From a virus: a stretch of DNA of 64,000 bases. Position numbers and translations under genes: made by a program. Location of the stretch: IMG/VR virus record IMGVR_UViG_3300042351_000704, positions 32,001 through 96,000 of that record, one strand, 5' to 3'. Numbering within the stretch: the first letter of the stretch is position 1; the number at the start of each line of letters is the position of its first letter. A model generated the notes under the pieces. That model saw nothing but the letters and a program-made list of their open reading frames with translations, was not told where the DNA came from and did no database searches. Below are positions 17,401 through 26,545 of this stretch, one piece after another.

Positions 17401-19722
17401 AGGTACTCAAAAGGAAGAAGAGTGTTGATACCAGGAACTGAGTACGCCAAACCATCTAAGTATTCTGTATTTGAACCACATTGGTGGAAAGGTTATAAAC
17501 AACTACAAAAAGATGGTGGTCAGATTTTAAATGACTATGATATAATGCAATTAGGAGGTCAGTCTGCAAAGAAAAGTCCGTATTTTTTTATGAACTTAAA
17601 TGATGACTTTACTACAATGCTTAAAAATAGAGACTATGTAAAAAGTGAGTATAACAAGGGTATGGATTTTCATACTAAGTGGCTTAACTCGCCTATGTAC
17701 AAGAGTATGATTAATGCATCTGATCCTGTCAATGCAAAAAATATTACTGACCAACGTAAAGATCGTCTTTCTGCTGTGACTATGAAATACGTTGATGACC
17801 CATATAATAAAGCTGGAGCTTCTGCTGATCAATTAGGAAATATAGAAGTATACCCAGAAGGAATTGGTGCTAAAGGTATAGGTGTTCATGAGATCTCTCA
17901 TGTAACAGATACAGGTCCAGGTCAAAATCTTATACCTACTAAAGATAGGATTGATATATCAAGATATAGTCTTGCTTCAGAAAATATCCCAAAGTATAAT
18001 GCTTATAAAGAGTATTTTAATTATGTTACTCGACCTTCAGAAACAAGAGCTAGGTTAAATGAAATACGCCAAGGAGCTTCTGAAAATAAATTATATGATC
18101 CATTTACTGAGAAAGTAAGTCCAGCTATATATAATAAACTTAAAAACTTCAAGTTTAATAGTACACCTGGTAGTGATCCTCTTCAACAATTAAGGTCTGC
18201 TTACAGTGATGAACAGATTTTACAAATGCTTAATAGTGTTTCTAAATTAAGTACTAATAAAAATAATGATATGCAAAACATGATGAATGATGGTGGAGAA
18301 ATGATACGTAGAGCTGATGGCACATACTCTCGTAGAGGTCTATGGGACAACATACGTGCTAACAAAGGATCTGGCAAGAAGCCTACAAACGAAATGCTGG
18401 AACAAGAACGTAAGATCAAAGCTAAAGAAATGAAATACGGTGGTGGCACCAACAATCCTGGCTTTGAAGCTTTGCCTGATTATGTACAGGCTAAGATCCT
18501 TTCTAACATGGGATATGGTGGAATGACCTATCCGTTTATGCAAAAAGGTGGTGAACCTGATGGATCTATGGCTCTTGGTCAAATAGATGCTGCTATGGAT
18601 AAACTACAAAAGCTTCGTCAGTTTATACAACCGGATTCTGATCTCGAACCATGGATAAGTTCTAAACTTACTATGATGGATGACTATGCAGATGCTGTTT
18701 CTGACTACATGATGTATAATCCAGATGCTGAACTAGATGAACTAGACCAAATGAGAAATGGCGGATATGTTGTTACAAGAAGTGATGACCGTAAAGGAAA
18801 GACACATAAAGTGACCGGACCTGATGGTACTGTAAAATACTTTGGTGATTCTAAGCTGGGTCAGCACCCGGGTGATCCCGAAAGAAAAGAAGCATTCTAT
18901 GCACGCCATAAAAAGAATCTGGATGGTAATCCATACTTCAGAGCGTTTGCAAGAGAGACATGGGCAGATGGTGGTGCTCTAGAATATGGTATGGGTGGAA
19001 TGCCTTGCTATGAGTGTGGTGGCGCTATGTATAAAGAAGGTGGAATGTACGACTGTCCTGATCAGGAAAAAGATCCTGTAACAGGTAAATGTAAAGCTGA
19101 GGTTGTTCGTGGTAGAGAAGCAAATGCAGCTAACAAAGCAGCTAATGCAGACATGAACGCATGGGCTAAGCAAGTTGCTGCTATGGATAAAGAAGTTGCT
19201 AAACAGAATGCTGCTCAGTATGCAGGACAAAGAAGTTTTGATTATGACTGGATGCAATCTCCTGTAGATAAAGCAGAGAAGAAAGCAGCCATTGCTCAAT
19301 ACAAACAATTTATTCAGCAGAACCCTAACGTATTTGTAGCAGATGATTCATCCGGGGTTAGCCCAGAACAGAAGTATATCATTGCTTCTAAGCTTAAGCA
19401 AAAGTCAAGCACTCCAATGGGGTCCAAAGCATTTCAGCAAAAGTTTAACCAGGATGCACGCTTACTAGATCTTGGACGTATACAGTCTGACATTGTTCCT
19501 TTAATGGGTGGCTGGAGTGGAATTCAGAACTGGCTTTTTGGTAATAAAAAATTCGGTGGCTACATAGGACAAGACGGAAAACGTCACATGTCTAAAACAC
19601 CTACCTGGTCTGGTAATGCCGGTTATAAACAAGGCGGTCCGGTTATAGGAGAAGAGATGGAAGTAACTCCGGAGCAACTGGAACAACTTCGCGCACAAGG
19701 CTATGAATTTGAAATAATCTAA
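14458..19722 (+). CDS. Modular cargo polyprotein with xxxGG-delimited modules, including SLT-like and HExxH modules
   Basis: About 20 motifs such as MQFGG, MQRGG, MQLGG, MKYGG, MRNGG, YKQGG. DPWLMLSLVGRESTFG at about 15880-15927. HEISH at 17887-17901. Confidence 0.8.
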   Translation: MSQFLKYITKKMRGGGDIGSLPGVLSLSAIQQKIKLEKDIKNQKARNAQATISQYIPKPGDQQRMNRAKDAYRADLAKPLNRAAESQLAANAWSNIVKPMLEMEGIASGVSGVRSMLAKPKRIPTSFYSDPVITRGPIPNPWDGKGIRVEMEGSLDVPEGMMPYIGREEWVPTTPAEKVWASFFNGKARPIPPPYKKQKGGAYVDSVFNAPNNKQLEWVQRLYQKNGKSIMVPGQTEPSTHYMESGDGRVYPTVVTMPDGSLKYLGKGAYDYADSTKTYIKFPTDNQAKWFGKNYKKGTGVLAKKKGGPIVDPRGQWAHPGKVTRIPGSDITMQGVPYPVLGVGSNGQQQMMYPGENYDFGGAAYVDEYPMMQFGGGTLLGPSGMIMSLASKVANYFSKPKSSGTNKRMTTYGQMNDSYANRNKTFYDKWQANDAIKYDSSVNPINLTSGRFRGAKVAPGMINDIVNAAKTNNVDPWLMLSLVGRESTFGADKEYIDHREGNKQDLISGWNVAEDYQPYEVNRYLADKKVPGIKVIKNSDGWSYEVEDEQAIESYLKSNPKLIDDYYKKLASTPDLGKLDSFSLAAQRIKKKGVKNYNPGDPRYSSMVNEDMNLLKNDAALKAYMKTLGYRQGGEFGGVVKMQRGGRSMFDPIFKEDPKLNKNRGDIASYFPQIQRMKDEPKIKEAIVKADQKRQQQILAEAVAIGNKNRTTVKQDNRTSREKEIAQQQVVNAYLNEAKGKSPFAQTLSSFTPTGYNPEASKIAAENIGQMTPMMGATRLFNTVRDPENNPYGIGQGNGFLANTLGTIGLLGDVFDVGAVAAPGVKAAGNYLTQQTPLRNAHKLNPYALTDDMLFNKEGVVNRQMFGDDAYNSFLKFGPTTRPGVPEMDKFMEFIKAPRSQIRSANDEVFEVVNTMEDGVFKYPYFQEGSLWYTGQQRNNLAKELGKERIITTPKSDIWFAPAGEATLMGGDDLVSKGLIDRYSKGRRVLIPGTEYAKPSKYSVFEPHWWKGYKQLQKDGGQILNDYDIMQLGGQSAKKSPYFFMNLNDDFTTMLKNRDYVKSEYNKGMDFHTKWLNSPMYKSMINASDPVNAKNITDQRKDRLSAVTMKYVDDPYNKAGASADQLGNIEVYPEGIGAKGIGVHEISHVTDTGPGQNLIPTKDRIDISRYSLASENIPKYNAYKEYFNYVTRPSETRARLNEIRQGASENKLYDPFTEKVSPAIYNKLKNFKFNSTPGSDPLQQLRSAYSDEQILQMLNSVSKLSTNKNNDMQNMMNDGGEMIRRADGTYSRRGLWDNIRANKGSGKKPTNEMLEQERKIKAKEMKYGGGTNNPGFEALPDYVQAKILSNMGYGGMTYPFMQKGGEPDGSMALGQIDAAMDKLQKLRQFIQPDSDLEPWISSKLTMMDDYADAVSDYMMYNPDAELDELDQMRNGGYVVTRSDDRKGKTHKVTGPDGTVKYFGDSKLGQHPGDPERKEAFYARHKKNLDGNPYFRAFARETWADGGALEYGMGGMPCYECGGAMYKEGGMYDCPDQEKDPVTGKCKAEVVRGREANAANKAANADMNAWAKQVAAMDKEVAKQNAAQYAGQRSFDYDWMQSPVDKAEKKAAIAQYKQFIQQNPNVFVADDSSGVSPEQKYIIASKLKQKSSTPMGSKAFQQKFNQDARLLDLGRIQSDIVPLMGGWSGIQNWLFGNKKFGGYIGQDGKRHMSKTPTWSGNAGYKQGGPVIGEEMEVTPEQLEQLRAQGYEFEII

Positions 19723-19725
19723 ACT

Positions 19726-22700
19726 ATGAGAATACGTATAACAAAGAAAGGGTTAGCTAGTTACCAGGGTGCCATTGGTTCAAGCCAGGTTGGTGATCCA
19801 AATGATGCATGGATTCGTAAGATCCTTGAATATGAAGCACAGAAAGGATCTGCTACAGGTAGTGGTTTGTCTAACTTTGGGTATAATAATTGGCAAAAGC
19901 TAGGTCATAAAAACCCTCCTCGTTCATTAGATGAAGCTGTAGAATTTTATAAACAAGACTTTCTTCCTAAAGTACAGCAGTATCCCATGGGTCTTCGTGA
20001 GCGTATGGGAGACTATATATTTAATACAGGTAGAAATCCTAATGACTTGCTTCTTTATAACGCAGGTAAGATTACACTAGATCAGTTAAATAGTCCAAGT
20101 ACATTTACAAATGAGTGGAATCAGTTTGGTCCTGAGATTGAAAAACAGTATAGTAAGCCTAGCTTTATTAATAGCTTAGATGCTAATAAAGAAAATGTTT
20201 ATAAAACTACAGGAACTTATGATGCCCCTGATCCATTAGATCCTACAAAGAACGTTAAGACTCGCTATTCTTTAGATAATCCTAATCCTGCTTTTACAGC
20301 TACTTGGCAAGGACGTACAAATATGTGGGGAAATTATTTAAACCCTAAAGCTACTACATTACCTACACGTAAACCTGTTACTAATCCTACTGCACCACAA
20401 TCAATTAGTAGCAAAACATCATCTGCTGTTCTTCCACCTACTGCTACTGCTCAAACAATTGCAGGTGGGTTAAACAATGACCAGCTTATGTATGGAGCTA
20501 ATCCATTTGTTGTAACACAAGCTGATACTGATATGGCTGACCTTGCATCAAACAGTGCTGCGTCACCTATAACACCATCTCCTTCACTTCCTGCAATGAA
20601 TATGACAGGGATGAATTATGCATGGACTAACTTTGGTCAGGCTCCTACAGTACCTACACCACGTGTAACTACAGTGTCTCCAAGTGGTGCTAAGACAACT
20701 ACCGGTAATGTTGGTAAACCAACCGTTCAGTATCAAACAAACAATAACGGTACACCGGCTGCTCCTTTTAATGTGGTGCGACCGGGAAAAAAACCATCAA
20801 GATCTCCTTTTGACCTGGTAGACCTGGCTTTGCCTGTTGCCCGTTACTTTAATGCAGAGGCTCAGGTGAAAGACGCACGTATTAAAGAAATGGAATCCCG
20901 TTTCAATACGCTGCAAGGTGCTCCTAAGTTTCGTGGCAACTTTACAATCAACGAAGGTTTATTCAGACCTGATGACAGAGGTGTAAACGAAGGAATGTTT
21001 AGTAATGGATTTTACGCTCCTACCATGCAATATGGTGGAGATATGATAGAAGATACAACAATGAACTCTATGAAAATACGTATAACAGGTGCGCCACAGA
21101 TGGCGTATGGCGGACAATCAAACTATGGTCTTGACTTAGGTCAGCGTAATGTGTATGAGAATATGCAGGACAGTCTTTCAGAAAACAGTTCTGAATCTAT
21201 GTCTGAGCAATCTGAAGCATACGGACCTCATGTACTGGAAGCCGAAGGTGGTGAAACCATCCTGCGTCCGGACGGCACACATTTCAACATCTCAGGAGAC
21301 AGACATCACTCAGGTGGTGTAAAGCTAAACCAGGACCAGGCTCCTTCAGGTTCATTTATATTTTCTGATACCAATAAGATGAAAATAAAAGATCCGGCTA
21401 TACTGGCAAAGTTTGGCGTTGCCTATAAAAAAGGTGGCGTTACTCCGGCACAGATTGCCAAGAAGTTTAAGCTGAATGATTTTAAAGCACGCCTGGAAGA
21501 CCGCACCAGACAAACTGATTCTATCGGTATGAACTCTGATACCCAGATGATGAAAAAGAACATGCGTTCACTGGCTGAACTGGCTATGATACAAGAAGCG
21601 ATGAAAGGAGAACAAGCTCCTATGATCAGCCAGGCTATCCTGGGATCTTCTGAAATGGCATATGGCGGACATGTGATGCCTAAGTTCCAGGGAGCCAAAG
21701 GTTCTTCTACTGTAAAAGGTGGTCTGGGTGAATGGAGCGATGACTATGAAACATTAAAGACATTACTGCAGGATCCTAAGAACGCAGGCCTAAGAAAGTC
21801 TATGTTCCAGAACTACCTGAAAGACTATTCTAAGTCTCCATTAAAGAATGATCCAAAAGGAGAAGACAAGTTTATACAAAACTTCCTGGAAGCTCAGCGT
21901 CAGTTCATGGGTATCCGTGCTTCTTATGCTGATAAACCAGATCAGCTTACTTCAGAAGACTGGGATCGTACAGGTAAAAACAGACGTTACCAGGCAGAAG
22001 CTAAAAAGCTTGGATATACTCCTTTAGCAGAAACAGACATCAAACGTTTTCAGGGTGGTTACCGCGCACTTGCAAAAGCTTCCCGTAATCCTGAGTTCTT
22101 TGAGAACTTCTCTAAATACTTCAAGTTATCACCTATAGGTGTAAAAGATGAGGAGTATTTAGGTCAGCCTATTTCTAAAGATGATTCATGGGTAGGTAAC
22201 ACTACTCTGGGTCAGCTGGCTCAACTGCGTGATGTAAAACCTGGAGAGCAACCAAAGCCTCGTTACATCTGTGATGCTAATGGTAAAATTGTTACCGTAG
22301 CAACAGGTGGTTACGCCACTGCAGATGAAGCACGTAAATATTGTCCTGAAAAGAAAAAACCAGGTTCTAAATATGTATGTATAGACGGACAGGTAATCAC
22401 CACTGAATCAGGTGTAGGTTATGACACTCCGGAAGAAGCAGCACAAAACTGTGGTTCAGAGCAGGGTAAAGTACCTTTTGAATTCCTGGCTCCTGATAAG
22501 ATGAACATGGCCTGGAAGTTTAATCGTGCCGTTCCAAATATCTATTTACCAGAGATGTATCAGTTACCTAGACGTCAGTATCCTCTGGCGCTCGATGATT
22601 GGTTTGCCCGTGTACAAAACAGACAATCCACATACAACACTGCTATGGACACTGCAGCAAGAACTAACCAGTCTCAGGCTGTAGGATCTTTCCTTGCAGG

Positions 22701-23310
22701 ACTGGTAGGCGCACAGGATGCAACTGATATTGCACAAGTAAACTCTGCTAACCTGGATCGTGTAGACAGAAGACAATTAGTAGATATGGAAACAGATTTT
22801 AAAAATGATGTCTTCAACCTGGGTCAACGTCAGGAATACAGCAAAGGACTTGCAATTGCTCAACAGCAATTTGATAATGCACTTAACAAAGGTGTGGGAG
22901 ATGCAATACAATCATTTGCTGATGCGTATGAAAACCGTGGTGATCTTTATGACATCAACATGCGTGATCCGTATTTTTATCGTCATCCGGCTAACTACAA
23001 AACAATCTTCAAAGGTTCTACCGGAAACATTTTTAATGCTGGTACTATTGCTGGTATTGGTACTAATGGAGCTGGTGGGTTTTCAGGTGTTGGTGCTTCT
23101 GCTAATGCTGTTTACAAAGATATATATGATGGCTTGACAGATGTGAAAGATGAAAAAGAGAGATCAGCATTTGCAAAACAGTTAGCAGCTAATTATATGG
23201 CTGGGTCTCGTCAGACTAATACTCGGTCTTACGATGCGTTTGGATTCCCAAGATCATCAAGTCGTAGATCATCTAGCTTAAACTTTTTTAACCAGGATGA
23301 TGACCAGTAA
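19726..23310 (+). CDS. Cargo/ejection protein with N-terminal GH108-like muramidase domain and xxYGG motifs
   Basis: ILEYE...SNFG...LDEAVEFY...DYIFNTG follows the GH108 pattern. Also EAEGGE...G.RH..GGV, MQYGG and MAYGG (twice). Confidence 0.7.
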   Translation: MRIRITKKGLASYQGAIGSSQVGDPNDAWIRKILEYEAQKGSATGSGLSNFGYNNWQKLGHKNPPRSLDEAVEFYKQDFLPKVQQYPMGLRERMGDYIFNTGRNPNDLLLYNAGKITLDQLNSPSTFTNEWNQFGPEIEKQYSKPSFINSLDANKENVYKTTGTYDAPDPLDPTKNVKTRYSLDNPNPAFTATWQGRTNMWGNYLNPKATTLPTRKPVTNPTAPQSISSKTSSAVLPPTATAQTIAGGLNNDQLMYGANPFVVTQADTDMADLASNSAASPITPSPSLPAMNMTGMNYAWTNFGQAPTVPTPRVTTVSPSGAKTTTGNVGKPTVQYQTNNNGTPAAPFNVVRPGKKPSRSPFDLVDLALPVARYFNAEAQVKDARIKEMESRFNTLQGAPKFRGNFTINEGLFRPDDRGVNEGMFSNGFYAPTMQYGGDMIEDTTMNSMKIRITGAPQMAYGGQSNYGLDLGQRNVYENMQDSLSENSSESMSEQSEAYGPHVLEAEGGETILRPDGTHFNISGDRHHSGGVKLNQDQAPSGSFIFSDTNKMKIKDPAILAKFGVAYKKGGVTPAQIAKKFKLNDFKARLEDRTRQTDSIGMNSDTQMMKKNMRSLAELAMIQEAMKGEQAPMISQAILGSSEMAYGGHVMPKFQGAKGSSTVKGGLGEWSDDYETLKTLLQDPKNAGLRKSMFQNYLKDYSKSPLKNDPKGEDKFIQNFLEAQRQFMGIRASYADKPDQLTSEDWDRTGKNRRYQAEAKKLGYTPLAETDIKRFQGGYRALAKASRNPEFFENFSKYFKLSPIGVKDEEYLGQPISKDDSWVGNTTLGQLAQLRDVKPGEQPKPRYICDANGKIVTVATGGYATADEARKYCPEKKKPGSKYVCIDGQVITTESGVGYDTPEEAAQNCGSEQGKVPFEFLAPDKMNMAWKFNRAVPNIYLPEMYQLPRRQYPLALDDWFARVQNRQSTYNTAMDTAARTNQSQAVGSFLAGLVGAQDATDIAQVNSANLDRVDRRQLVDMETDFKNDVFNLGQRQEYSKGLAIAQQQFDNALNKGVGDAIQSFADAYENRGDLYDINMRDPYFYRHPANYKTIFKGSTGNIFNAGTIAGIGTNGAGGFSGVGASANAVYKDIYDGLTDVKDEKERSAFAKQLAANYMAGSRQTNTRSYDAFGFPRSSSRRSSSLNFFNQDDDQ

Positions 23311-23365
23311 ACCTGTTAAGTTTAGTTTTAAACTTACCAGATTTTAGTTTATATTATATATGTAG
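23308..23365 (+). promoter_or_regulatory. Extended promoter element similar to 7297-7355
   Basis: TAAAC-N5-AAGTTTA...AAAC..AGATTTTAGT.TATATTATATATGTAG, 6 nt before ATG 23372. Confidence 0.55.
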
Positions 23366-23371
23366 TATCCT

Positions 23372-24811
23372 ATGGCAACATTTATACAAGGCGTTACTGA
23401 TGTCTTCTCAGACAGGCTAAACTTCAAACCGGATTGGAACCGGGTTGAGCGTGGTCTTATGCTCAGAAGTGCCGCTTATACAGAAGGTGCACGTAAAGTG
23501 AAATCACTGTATGAATCTGTATTCCAGTCAGCAATGATGAGGGAAGGCAATATTCAGAGACGTGATAACTATCTCAAAGAAATATCCCAGGGTTTGAAGA
23601 ATGCTTCTACGCTGGATCTATCTATTCTGCAAAATCAGGAGAACGCTATGCGTTTGTTTGAACCATTACAAAATGACAGACAGATCATTAAAGACATCCT
23701 GTGGACCCGTAACTACGGCAAGCAGATGAGTATGGCTGAAGAGATGAAAACATCCAACGATCCGGAGACCAGACGTAAGTACTGGAACACTGGTATGAAG
23801 TATTTACAATACCAGGCGGAAGACTTTCAAAAAGCAGATGACAACACCGCACTTTCTATGGGAAGTGCACGCTACGTTCCTAACGTGGATCTGGTAACGC
23901 TTGCTAACAAGATGTACAAAGACATGGGTATCAGTGTTGAGCAGGACGTTATGAAAGGTGGTTACATCTGGACCAAGAAGAACGGAGATCTGGCTATACC
24001 ACTCACGCAGTCTATGGTAAATACAATGTTTGCCGGTGATCCTGCTATACAAGATATGTTCCGTGTACAAGCTTATGTACAACGTAAAGACTTTGTAAAA
24101 GAGAACGCTACCAAATACGGCAGTGAAGAAGCAGCAGAAAGATTTTATAACAACGAGATCTTATCTACTGTGGGTGCTGCTCAGAAAGACCAGGTGATTA
24201 ATGATTCTGAAGAAGTAAAAACACTCAGAGCCCGCAAAGCATCATGGGATAAAATAATCACTACCAGAGGTATTATACCGGATAGTGATGAGCATAAAAA
24301 ATACCTGACTGATTTGGAGAAACTAAAAGAAGCTGAAAGAGCTGCTAACATCAGTCGTGGTCAGGCTACAGTACTTACTACAGTGGACCCCAATAACCTA
24401 GACGATTTACGTACAGCTGCTGATGCTGCTGTTGTTATGGCAAGTTATTCTAGCACAGCTAACAAAATTGCTACTATGCTGGCTTATAAAGATGCCAGCG
24501 CCACTGCAAAAGCAGATCCGATTTACATGGCTAAGCTTAACAGCTCTCTTGCTCTAAACCGATCTATGGTGATGGAGAACATTCGTCACATCAATAAGAT
24601 TGCTTTTATGGACGAGCAGTTAAAGAGAGGTATTAAACCAGGTAGTGGTGGTGACAAGGATAAAAAAGAAGACCAGAAAAAACAGATGCTTCAACTGGGT
24701 GAATCACTGTTTGGTAATAGTGGCATCAAACCATCCGGAACCCTGAGTGTTGGTGGTGGTGGTGGCTCACTTGATCAGCAGTTAGATGAATTTTTAGATA
24801 ACGATGATTAA
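23372..24811 (+). CDS. Putative cargo/ejection protein (479 aa, helical, Cys-free)
   Basis: Long ORF in the cargo block. Confidence 0.7.
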   Translation: MATFIQGVTDVFSDRLNFKPDWNRVERGLMLRSAAYTEGARKVKSLYESVFQSAMMREGNIQRRDNYLKEISQGLKNASTLDLSILQNQENAMRLFEPLQNDRQIIKDILWTRNYGKQMSMAEEMKTSNDPETRRKYWNTGMKYLQYQAEDFQKADDNTALSMGSARYVPNVDLVTLANKMYKDMGISVEQDVMKGGYIWTKKNGDLAIPLTQSMVNTMFAGDPAIQDMFRVQAYVQRKDFVKENATKYGSEEAAERFYNNEILSTVGAAQKDQVINDSEEVKTLRARKASWDKIITTRGIIPDSDEHKKYLTDLEKLKEAERAANISRGQATVLTTVDPNNLDDLRTAADAAVVMASYSSTANKIATMLAYKDASATAKADPIYMAKLNSSLALNRSMVMENIRHINKIAFMDEQLKRGIKPGSGGDKDKKEDQKKQMLQLGESLFGNSGIKPSGTLSVGGGGGSLDQQLDEFLDNDD

Positions 24812-24821
24812 TAAATACTAG

Positions 24822-26543
24822 ATGGAACTTATAGAAGAAACACAAACGGGGCCAGGGGATCCTGTCAAAGGAAGCACCAGTACAAAGGTGGACAACACCC
24901 CTTTGTTTCAAGCTAATACCAGCTATCTGCAAGATAAACGCAACGGCTACAATCAGCAGTTGAGTAAGTTTATTACAGAAGCATTCCAAGCTTCTAGAAC
25001 CTTACCAAAGGTAAATGGCAAACCTATTGCCAGTATAGATCAACTTCCAACTCTTATAGATAAATACGGACATGACTTTTATGAACAGGCTAAATCAGTG
25101 CTGAGCAATCCTGACATCTCTGATGAGCAGGCTATGTTTCTCATTGCCCGTCAGAAAAAAGTAGATGATGCTTTTGCCTACACCGCACAGGCGAGTAAGG
25201 TTATGTATGATGATATTAAGAATGCAGCTTCTACTATGGATGCAAAGATGAAAGTGAATGGCTGGCATAGCTTAATACTTAGTCCGAATGGTCAGTTTAA
25301 AGGACCTACTCAGGCTAGAAAAGATATTGAAGCGTTCAAAGCTCAACAGATGAAAGAGCAAATGGAAGCTTGGAGAAAAGCCAATCCTATGCCGGAAAGA
25401 GGACCACTGTATTGGCAACGTACAGATATGCCTAACCCTATGCAAGGTCAAATAGCCTGGGTTGATGGTAAACCAGTTATGCTAGATAGCAGACCAAAAA
25501 TGGCCAACAGTGTGGAAGGTTATCTAGAAAAACAACAATTGCAACAAAGTCAGGTGACAAGACAGCTACAAAACCTGAACTATGATGACATATACAAAAG
25601 AGTGTTGCAAGAATATAACAAGAACCCCAAGACCCGTAAGATCAAAGCTGCTGAAGAAAACATTTTCAACCAGAATGCGGGTGGTGCCAAAGCAACCTTA
25701 CAACAGCAGGAGTACCGTTTTGACGTAGACAACTACGTTGATGAAGATGAGCGTGGTAACATGAAGCTCAAACCAGAAATGGAATACACAGTAGATCTGT
25801 TAAAAAACATTACAAAGGAAAACCCTAAGATATTGTTTGCAAAAGGGTCTATCAATGATAATCCGGTAATTCCTAGTGGATCTGATGTGACATCTATGAA
25901 GATGGTACAGACTATGCTACAGGCTTTACAAGAAGATCTTTTAAATGTTAACCGTACCAAAGGAAGTAAGAAACGCTTTGCTGGTAGCATTTCATTTGTA
26001 CCTGTTGCAGGGGGAGATGAAAACTATCATGCTTATCATATACAACCTAACAGTTCTTTCTTTGATGACTACATAGGTACCAAAGAAAACCCTGGTATTG
26101 CTCGTGGTCAGAACTTTATCAATAGTGGTATTACTGTGTTTGTTCCGGTAGAAGAAAGCGGAAAGATGAAGATAGGAGCTCAGTCAATAAAGGGCACTAA
26201 GATATCTCCTGTAGAAGGTATGATTGGTCTTAGTGAAGACAACAGCTTTTCAAGAAGAGTGGATGACGCCATGGAGTATAAGATCAGCCTGGACAAAAAT
26301 GCTAACCAATATGTTATCAGTGGTAACATGGTAGTATATAATCCGGAGACATCTAAGATGGATACAGTAGATATCAATAAACTTGGTTTACAGAGCCGCT
26401 ATGATCTCACTGTAGATATTGATAATATCGATAAGCAACTATTCAAACTTTCTCTTAACAGGTTTCAGATAAACAGAGACCGTAAAAGAAAGCATTCAGA
26501 AATAAACGGGGTAAGAGATCCTAAACAGTTATCTGGAAATTAA
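24822..26543 (+). CDS. Putative cargo/ejection protein (573 aa) with N-terminal GPGDPVK
   Basis: Long ORF in the cargo block. The motif is shared with the next gene. Confidence 0.7.
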   Translation: MELIEETQTGPGDPVKGSTSTKVDNTPLFQANTSYLQDKRNGYNQQLSKFITEAFQASRTLPKVNGKPIASIDQLPTLIDKYGHDFYEQAKSVLSNPDISDEQAMFLIARQKKVDDAFAYTAQASKVMYDDIKNAASTMDAKMKVNGWHSLILSPNGQFKGPTQARKDIEAFKAQQMKEQMEAWRKANPMPERGPLYWQRTDMPNPMQGQIAWVDGKPVMLDSRPKMANSVEGYLEKQQLQQSQVTRQLQNLNYDDIYKRVLQEYNKNPKTRKIKAAEENIFNQNAGGAKATLQQQEYRFDVDNYVDEDERGNMKLKPEMEYTVDLLKNITKENPKILFAKGSINDNPVIPSGSDVTSMKMVQTMLQALQEDLLNVNRTKGSKKRFAGSISFVPVAGGDENYHAYHIQPNSSFFDDYIGTKENPGIARGQNFINSGITVFVPVEESGKMKIGAQSIKGTKISPVEGMIGLSEDNSFSRRVDDAMEYKISLDKNANQYVISGNMVVYNPETSKMDTVDINKLGLQSRYDLTVDIDNIDKQLFKLSLNRFQINRDRKRKHSEINGVRDPKQLSGN

Positions 26544-26545
26544 TT

